From Lachnospiraceae bacterium (lineage in GTDB: Bacteria > Bacillota > Clostridia > Lachnospirales > Lachnospiraceae), in assembly GCA_017445585.1 (NCBI GenBank), contig JAFSTX010000065.1:48128-112127 (forward strand): 64,000 nucleotides of DNA, given 5' to 3'. Positions within the stretch are counted from its first letter, which is position 1; the number at the start of each line of letters is the position of its first letter. A program made the translations under genes and the position numbers. Positions 56,563 to 62,820 of the stretch are shown piece by piece. A model generated the notes under the pieces. That model was not told where the DNA came from and searched no databases. It saw nothing but the letters and a program-made list of their open reading frames with translations.

Positions 56563-58282
56563 CCGTATTAAAGACTCTGACCGCTTCCGACGAGGTGGTC
56601 ACACCGTCAAAAATCTTGTCAAGGCATACCTGCTTGAGTCTCCTGTATCCCGTACGCAGTGCCATATCCCTGACAGTCTCTATATCTGCCCCCGCAGCAA
56701 TACATCTGCGCAGCTCCCGTTCCATGAGCAGAATCTCAAAGACTCCGCTCCTGCCCTTGTATCCCGTACCTGCACACGCAGGGCAGCCTGTGCCTCGATA
56801 CAGCCTCACCTCGTCTGTGGCATCCTCTCCTGCGGCCAGCTCGGCAAGCTCTCCGGCCTCGGCCTCATAAGACACCCTGCAGGCAGGACAGATTTTTCGG
56901 ACAAGTCGCTGGCTGATTACACCTATCAGCGAGGAAGCGATCATGTATCCCGGCACTCCCATATCCAGCAGACGTTCAAAGGCAGCAACAGCGCTCGACG
57001 TATGGATCGTGCTTATTACGAGATGACCTGTGATAGCCGCCCTCATGGCGATCTCAGCGGTCTCACGGTCACGGATCTCACCTATACAGATTATGTCCGG
57101 ATCCTGTCTCAAGGCTGCCTTCAGTCCTTTGACAAAAGTCATCCCGCTCTTTGTATTGATCTGCACCTGTGAAATCCCGTTCATATGGTATTCGACAGGA
57201 TCCTCCAGGGTTATTATGTTCACGTCCTTACGGTTCAGAGTACTGAGCATTGCATACTGAGTCGTGGATTTGCCGCTCCCTGTCGCACCTGATATCAGGA
57301 TAAGTCCGCTGTGATTGGAAAGGAGCTTTTCGTATTTGGACATATTATCCTGATCCATTCCCAGAGAATCCTTTTCCAGTATCCCGATGCTTTTGCGCAG
57401 CAGCCTGATGACTACCTTCTCGCCATATACAGTAGGCAATGTGGAGATTCGCAGATCCGTCTCCTCTTCGCCGCTGCGCACACTCGTGCGTCCGTCCTGC
57501 GGTACTCGCTTTTCCGCGATATCCATGCCGGCCATGACCTTGATCCTTGCTGTTACGGAAGGGTGCAGTCTCCTCGAAATACGCTGCATCTCTCTGAGCA
57601 GTCCGTCCACCCTGATACGTATCACACACTCACGCTCACCAGGCTCGATATGAATATCCGATGCGCGCTGCTCAAGTGCCATAGTGATCATCGAACTGAC
57701 ATACCTTGCCGTAGCTGAATCGATATCTTCCGTCTCCGCACCGGGATCGGGAGCAGCAGCTGTTTCCATGCTGTGTCCGTCGTGATCCTCTGTCATCTCG
57801 GCTATCGCTCTGTGGCTCTGTTCGACACCGTACACCTCGGTGATACGGCGGTCTATGGCAGACGGGAATGCCGTACAGGGTCTGATCCTTTTCCCCGAGT
57901 ATTCCCTTGCTTTCTGTATGGCCAGCAGGTCCTGAGGATCCTTCATGGCGAGCAGCAGCCACTGATCCGAGATTCTGACCGGAAATATCCCCTGGCTCCT
58001 GCATATCTGCGGCGGAAGGCTTCTGACTGCTTCCCCGTCTGTTTTCTCCGCATCTATATCAGCAAATACTGCCCCGGAAATCTCCGTATATATCCTGACC
58101 ACGTCGGTCTCTGTGAGAATCATCATCTCACACAGATACTCAGCCAGAGTCCTTCGGATCGTCTGTTTCTCGCTTCCTGAAAACCTGAGTGCTGTCTCTG
58201 CTTCCTCGAGCTGCTGTCTGCTGACAAGGTTATGCTGCAGGACGTATTTCCTGAAACTGATCTGCTCCATCATTTCCTCCAA
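56555..58282 (-). CDS. pilB: Type IV pilus assembly ATPase PilB (GspE family)
   Basis: T2SSE_N domain, Walker A GATGSGKSTT, Asp box, Walker B, His box, and tetracysteine CPAC...CPACAGTGYKGR. The ORF-track start is TTG. An ATG at 58270 with GGAGG 5 nt upstream is the more likely start. Confidence 0.92.
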   Translation of the reverse strand: MEEMMEQISFRKYVLQHNLVSRQQLEEAETALRFSGSEKQTIRRTLAEYLCEMMILTETDVVRIYTEISGAVFADIDAEKTDGEAVRSLPPQICRSQGIFPVRISDQWLLLAMKDPQDLLAIQKAREYSGKRIRPCTAFPSAIDRRITEVYGVEQSHRAIAEMTEDHDGHSMETAAAPDPGAETEDIDSATARYVSSMITMALEQRASDIHIEPGERECVIRIRVDGLLREMQRISRRLHPSVTARIKVMAGMDIAEKRVPQDGRTSVRSGEEETDLRISTLPTVYGEKVVIRLLRKSIGILEKDSLGMDQDNMSKYEKLLSNHSGLILISGATGSGKSTTQYAMLSTLNRKDVNIITLEDPVEYHMNGISQVQINTKSGMTFVKGLKAALRQDPDIICIGEIRDRETAEIAMRAAITGHLVISTIHTSSAVAAFERLLDMGVPGYMIASSLIGVISQRLVRKICPACRVSYEAEAGELAELAAGEDATDEVRLYRGTGCPACAGTGYKGRSGVFEILLMERELRRCIAAGADIETVRDMALRTGYRRLKQVCLDKIFDGVTTSSEAVRVFNTVE

Positions 58283-58844
58283 GGATCATTGATTCGGGCC
58301 ATACTCTGAAGCAGCCGTCAAGGATGGCGCTGCCTTCATCATCCGTGATCCGGACGGACAGATCGACAGCTCCGTCCGGCCCCAGACTGTAGTCCAGCGA
58401 TGTATTCAGAGTCACAGGCCTTATCGCGGTAAGAAACCTTGCGCGTTCCGGACAGAGACTTACCAAGTCTCCTCTTTCACTGCAGAATCTGATACTTCCG
58501 TTCACGCTCTCCAGATATCCCCTGCAGCCCCTGCTGCGGCTGGCAAACGTCAGTTTCCCGCTCACCGGATCTTCTGTGAAATCCTCCGCTGATTCAAGTT
58601 CATGCATCAGGGCGTATTCATAGTCAAAAAGGATCGCTCTCGCATTTGCCTTTGCCGTGCTTTCCGCGTAGACAGAAACTCCGGAATATATGGCGGCGAC
58701 GGCTATCAGACCGCTCAGCGCCGCAAAAAAAAGCGCGGTAAGTGACTCAGCCAGCGTAAAGCCGGCTTTTCTCCTGTCAGCCCTTATATCTGTAGCCGCA
58801 GAAGCCTCCCGTTTCCGCAAAAAACGTTTCCACCGTGATCTCAT
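58230..58844 (-). CDS. Minor prepilin-like protein (204 aa)
   Basis: ...RRKAG-FTLAESLTALFFAALSGLIAVAAI is a class III signal with E+5. Overlaps its neighbours on both sides. Confidence 0.7.
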   Translation of the reverse strand: MRSRWKRFLRKREASAATDIRADRRKAGFTLAESLTALFFAALSGLIAVAAIYSGVSVYAESTAKANARAILFDYEYALMHELESAEDFTEDPVSGKLTFASRSRGCRGYLESVNGSIRFCSERGDLVSLCPERARFLTAIRPVTLNTSLDYSLGPDGAVDLSVRITDDEGSAILDGCFRVWPESMILGGNDGADQFQEIRPAA

Positions 58845-59082
58845 CCCTTATCCCGTCCTCGCTTTCCGTATAAAGTATGCAGGTTCCGTTTGCATCATTC
58901 TTCCCTGATATAAAACTCCTGACTTCGCTTATCGAATCGCAGAGTCTTATCCTTTGATCTGTCGACGAACTGCCTATCCTCGTTCCCGTCAGTGTGCACG
59001 TCAGAAAAAGCACCGAAGAAAGTACTGTGATCAGGAATGCCGCAAGTGATTCTGCAAGCGTCTCGCCCCGGGAGCTTCTCAT
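58777..59082 (-). CDS. Minor prepilin-like protein (101 aa), degenerate signal
   Basis: MRSSRG-ETLAESLAAFLITVLSSVLFL has G-1 and E+5, but E instead of F at +1. ATGA overlap with the upstream gene. Confidence 0.5.
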   Translation of the reverse strand: MRSSRGETLAESLAAFLITVLSSVLFLTCTLTGTRIGSSSTDQRIRLCDSISEVRSFISGKNDANGTCILYTESEDGIRDEITVETFFAETGGFCGYRYKG

Positions 59083-59645
59083 GTGTAGGTTCCTCCCGTG
59101 AATGAGAGCATCCTTTCCCCGCCTTCATTTGCACTCTCATACAGATCGGCACCAAATAAAACGGTTCGTTTGCTCGGAAGCGGCATTTCTTCTCCATCTC
59201 TTTCTATCTTTCTCACGCTGACGCTCACACTGTAATCGGAGCTTGAAATCCTGAAGATCAGTCGCATGACTATCTTCTGACTGCTCAGACGCATGATGAA
59301 CGGAAGCTCGTATTCGTGCTCCGGTTCGGCACACAGCCTGTATAGTCCGTGCGCAAGGTATTTGTGGAACACACCTGTCCCGGCTTCCTTGGTCCGCATC
59401 TCCAGCTCGGCAAGCCCCATATTCTCAGAGTAGCAGACTTCCTTTCCGGAAATGCTGTCCGAGATCAGTCTCAGCGCCGACTCGGTAAAGAGTTTCGATT
59501 CGTATTCGTCGTTCATTTTTGTGTTTCCTCCTGATAAAGCAGATGAATTAGCTATAATCATAAGCCCCAGTGAGCTGCATATGAGCAGCATGAAAAGGGC
59601 TGCCGCGAGCGATGCGCCGCGATCTTTTCCTGTTCCTCTCATCAT
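59079..59645 (-). CDS. Minor prepilin-like protein lacking Glu+5 (PilX/GspK-class candidate, 188 aa)
   Basis: MMRGTGKDRG-ASLAAALFMLLICSSLGLMII has a hydrophobic pilin-type helix, but +5 is Ala. ATGA overlaps at both ends. Confidence 0.45.
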   Translation of the reverse strand: MMRGTGKDRGASLAAALFMLLICSSLGLMIIANSSALSGGNTKMNDEYESKLFTESALRLISDSISGKEVCYSENMGLAELEMRTKEAGTGVFHKYLAHGLYRLCAEPEHEYELPFIMRLSSQKIVMRLIFRISSSDYSVSVSVRKIERDGEEMPLPSKRTVLFGADLYESANEGGERMLSFTGGTYT

Positions 59646-60907
59646 GGCCTGACATACCTGACCCTGTAGCGAAGGCCGTTGTCCAGATCGTTTTCGAGCC
59701 AGTAATAATTCGCGAACATGTTTATTCGTCCCGATATATCCTGGTCAAAGCAAGCTCCCGATGCTCCTCCGATCTTCTGAGCAGCGCTGAAATAAAACGT
59801 ACAAGCGTATACGCCTCCCGAGGTCATCGAAACACCGCGTTTGCCCGTTATGCAGATGTCACCGTCGTTCTCAGATGTGCAGTCTCTCACCGTAAGTCCC
59901 GACAGAGTGCACTGACAGTCCTCAGCCAGAACCAGAGCGGCGCCCCTTGAGGCGGTGCAGTTCACTATAACTGCTTTTCCCGTCGTGCCGAACATCTTCC
60001 CGTCCGAATAGATTGCCCCGCCGCCTGCGTCAGAAGAATTGTGTCCGTTAGTAAGAGTGATATTGCCTATATACATGGTGCCATGATTGGCGATAAGCGT
60101 TCCGCCGCCTTCGTCAAAGCTGCCGTCAGCTCCGACGATGCTGCCGCCTCCCGCTGTATCGTCTATATCGAGCCGGTTGCGTGAAGCATTCTCTATAAGC
60201 CTCATTGGCTTTTTTGCAGAGATCGTATGCCCCTGAAGATAAAGCTTGAGCGTGATCCCTGAAGGGCTGTCAGGATTTGTGACCAGAGTGCTTCCGGACG
60301 CGGGGATGGCGATATCCTGCTCCAGATAAAAAGTCCCGCCCCTTCTGAATGCCTCAACGAGCTGACTGTATGTATAGACCCGTCCCTGCCTGAAGCCCTG
60401 AGCATACCGGACCGGGGTGATCTCGGTGCCTGCCCTGGTTTCTCCGTCCTCATTGACCCACCTGAGCGAATGCACTCCCGAATCATTCAGATAGACCTCC
60501 AGCACACAGCCTTCCACGTCGTTGTCGGAGCGGTAATACTCCCTGTCAAAGTACTCAAGGGGATCCGTAATGAGACAGAAATCCTCGCATCCTCCTTTCA
60601 TGGAAGTACCCCTGCCATAAGGCGCAGGCATCTCTCCCACGATCGAGCCTGAGGCAGCATCAAAATAGCAATAGACGCCTACATCATCCAGCATCTCTCC
60701 CCCGGGACCGCGTCCGGAAAAGATCATGTCCTCGGCCGCAGCCTTTGCGCTCCTCATGTTTGCGATATCGGCCGCCTCCCGCGAGCCTTCGAGCGAAGAG
60801 GCAAAGACAGGGATCGCTATCACTGTCAGTACAGCTATCACCGCAACCGTGATGAGCAGTTCACCTAGAGAAAAGCCGTATGCAGATGATAATCCATGTT
60901 TTCTCAT
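59642..60907 (-). CDS. Modular type IV pilin: PilA-paralogous pilin domain + C-terminal beta-helix-like (Pmp-type) module of about 250 aa
   Basis: Start MRKHGLSSAYG-FSLGELLITVAVIAVLTVIAIPVF, with AAAGGAGGAATGTTAC before the ATG. Residues 1 to about 170 parallel the 151-aa pilin, including both Cys. The remainder has AGGGSIVG, EGGGTLIANHG, DAGGGAIYSDG, NCTASRGAAL. Confidence 0.75.
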   Translation of the reverse strand: MRKHGLSSAYGFSLGELLITVAVIAVLTVIAIPVFASSLEGSREAADIANMRSAKAAAEDMIFSGRGPGGEMLDDVGVYCYFDAASGSIVGEMPAPYGRGTSMKGGCEDFCLITDPLEYFDREYYRSDNDVEGCVLEVYLNDSGVHSLRWVNEDGETRAGTEITPVRYAQGFRQGRVYTYSQLVEAFRRGGTFYLEQDIAIPASGSTLVTNPDSPSGITLKLYLQGHTISAKKPMRLIENASRNRLDIDDTAGGGSIVGADGSFDEGGGTLIANHGTMYIGNITLTNGHNSSDAGGGAIYSDGKMFGTTGKAVIVNCTASRGAALVLAEDCQCTLSGLTVRDCTSENDGDICITGKRGVSMTSGGVYACTFYFSAAQKIGGASGACFDQDISGRINMFANYYWLENDLDNGLRYRVRYVRP

Positions 60908-61130
60908 GTAACATTCCTCCTTTACTGTTTCAGCCGGCTGCTCACGCGCCCGTGCGGACTTCTGCCGCATCAGGGTGAACTTAACAGACCGGCGGTCCAT
61001 CCCGGATCCCGGCTGTAATAACATATTCATGTACCTTCCCGTTCCGGACCGAACCGGTCCGATATAAGACAGATACTTCATCTGAATCAGGTCTCGCCTG
61101 CTGTAATAAAACTGTATCACAAAGGCAGTG

Positions 61131-61189
61131 GACATAAAAGGCCGTCATCGGTGACATAATCTGCCATTTTTTATGACATAACCGGACAT
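61131..61189 (-). repeat. Phased direct repeats GACATAA (plus-strand reading) between the regulator gene and the modular pilin gene
   Basis: GACAT starts at 61131, 61153, 61175 and 61185. The first three copies are GACATAA at exactly 22-bp spacing, and the fourth (GACATTT) is 10 bp further on. Confidence 0.7.
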
Positions 61190-61205
61190 TTTCCGAACGT
61201 CTTTT

Positions 61206-61673
61206 TTATCCAAAAACCGCCTTTTTATGCGGTCTCTCGGTGTGCACCCTCTTCCTGACATTACTCATATATGCATAATTCTCATAATTTATGCTCAAAA
61301 TCGATCGTGCATTATCGATCAGTCGCTTGATCTGCCGCGTGGAATATTCCATGAGTTCCGCTGTCTCACTGATGCTCATCCCGTCTACGTAAATGTGAGT
61401 TATCACATCTATCATCTCTCTGCGCGGCAGATCTCTGATCATGAGATAGAGCACCTTTTTCATGCGGCTCTCCTCTTTTACGAGCCTCCTGATCTCCTCG
61501 TAGTATTCACGGATCTCTCTGACGTCCGCATCGGCGAAGGATGGCGCCTCGCCTCCGTATCCGCAGTGCGCCACCCCGGCTTCCCTCATAAGCGCCTTGA
61601 TATGCCTGAGTTCCCTCCCCAGGTACTCTATCCTCGAATCGACTGCCGCTATCTCATGTAACAGATCCATCAT
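61206..61673 (-). CDS. Small sigma-70-region-4-like / ArpU-RinA-like transcriptional regulator
   Basis: Start at MMDLLHEI (GGAG SD). The C-terminal HTH LPRREMIDVITHIYVDGMSISETAELMEYSTRQIKRLIDNA resembles sigma region 4, with an N-terminal coiled region. First gene of the pilus locus. Confidence 0.55.
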   Translation of the reverse strand: MMDLLHEIAAVDSRIEYLGRELRHIKALMREAGVAHCGYGGEAPSFADADVREIREYYEEIRRLVKEESRMKKVLYLMIRDLPRREMIDVITHIYVDGMSISETAELMEYSTRQIKRLIDNARSILSINYENYAYMSNVRKRVHTERPHKKAVFG

Positions 61674-61979
61674 TTTTCTCCATATCATATGTATTTCGCT
61701 TTTTCTGCAGGTCCGCCCGGAACCGGGCAAATAAAAAAGATCCGTCATCGACGGATCTGCTCAGACATATTCAGATAAATACATGGAAAACCCACATCAG
61801 TAAGAACAAATAATCTTACTGTCAAAAGCTGCCTGAAGCAGACCTGCGATATGGTGTTTTCCTGCTTTGGCCAGACATGAGAGAGGCCTCCACAACCCTG
61901 AAGCGAGTGAGAAAAGTATATCAGAACATATAAAAACCGCAAGACTTTTTTTAAAAAAAGCGGATGGGATTATTTCATT

Positions 61980-62007
61980 AAAAAAGCCGGAACCATCGGA
62001 TTCCGGC
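61980..62007 (-). terminator. Rho-independent terminator of plsC
   Basis: Minus strand has GCCGGAA-TCCGATGG-TTCCGGC followed by TTTTTT. Confidence 0.75.
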
Positions 62008-62057
62008 ATAACAAAGCAAATTCAGCTACAAGGATTACGATTCTGTATTAACCGTCT

Positions 62058-62810
62058 CTATCTGAAGGGCTCTGACACGTACTGCTCGTATGTGTGCTTT
62101 ATCTCATCCTCCACCTGCTGATGCACGGCGCGCAGACCCTCTCTGTCAAGCCCGGCGGTATCGACAGGTTTTCCGAAGACGATGATCGGCTTTGTCGGCA
62201 GAATGAGAGGCGACTGCTTTTCATAACATTCTTCCATGTGTATAAAGGTAACGGGCACGACCATGCATCCCGCTTTGTCTGCTATCTTGAAGCTTCCCTC
62301 GTGAAACTCCCCAAGCCCCTCGTGACGCACTCTGGTACCCTCGGGACAGATCCACATGGACGTTCCGTTTTTGATCTTTTCGGCGGCTGCATTTATGGAT
62401 TTCATTCCCTCTCTGGGATTCTTCCGGTCAACAAAGATGCAACCGAGCCACAGAAGCCAGATCCTGAAGGGCAGGATCGAGGCAAATTCCTTTTTGGCGA
62501 CAAAGCCGAGAGGGCGCTTCATGATCGGATAAACGCAGATCATGTCGAAAAAGCTTTTATGATTGCTGATAAAAGCTGCTGTCCCGGCCGGAACGTTCTC
62601 AAAGCCTATGACCCGCGCTTTCACGCCGAGCACGGCGGTTATGATCCGCAGTGCGGTCATGGCGATGGCGCGCACTGCCCGATCCCTTGCCTTTTTTGAA
62701 AAAAGGCCGGTTATCCACAGCAGAGGCAGTGTGACGAGACTCCAGACCGAGAAAAACAGTCCTACGAGTATATACGCGATAAACGATCTCAGGCAGGCTA
62801 TTACCTTCAT
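62058..62810 (-). CDS. plsC: 1-acyl-sn-glycerol-3-phosphate acyltransferase
   Basis: N-terminal TM, HxxxxD box (NHKSFFDM), and PEGTR box. Confidence 0.88.
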   Translation of the reverse strand: MKVIACLRSFIAYILVGLFFSVWSLVTLPLLWITGLFSKKARDRAVRAIAMTALRIITAVLGVKARVIGFENVPAGTAAFISNHKSFFDMICVYPIMKRPLGFVAKKEFASILPFRIWLLWLGCIFVDRKNPREGMKSINAAAEKIKNGTSMWICPEGTRVRHEGLGEFHEGSFKIADKAGCMVVPVTFIHMEECYEKQSPLILPTKPIIVFGKPVDTAGLDREGLRAVHQQVEDEIKHTYEQYVSEPFR

Positions 62811-62820
62811 CCCGTACTCC

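Noticed and set aside
56555-58282. Claiming that the organism lacks pilus retraction because no pilT is present
   Set aside because: Only this window is visible, and pilT is often encoded elsewhere. The observation is limited to the locus.
60908-61135. 76-codon in-frame extension upstream of the modular pilin
   Set aside because: A prepilin leader of about 87 aa would be far outside the usual range. The ATG at 60907 has a strong AAAGGAGG SD and gives a normal 11-aa leader ending in Gly. The open frame is noted in the findings as a property of the leader.
60908-61205. c-di-GMP riboswitch (GEMM-I or GEMM-II) upstream of the pilin operon, as in C. difficile pilA1
   Set aside because: I looked for the GGCAAA...GACGCAAAGCC (class I) and UGGGCAC...CAACCGACC-like (class II) cores on the minus strand and did not find them. 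This cannot be excluded without a covariance-model scan.
61745-62009. Small minus-strand ORFs of 65 and 70 aa between plsC and the pilus regulator
   Set aside because: They have no SD, overlap each other and the plsC terminator, and have hydrophobic/odd composition. The region is more likely promoter/UTR for the regulator.
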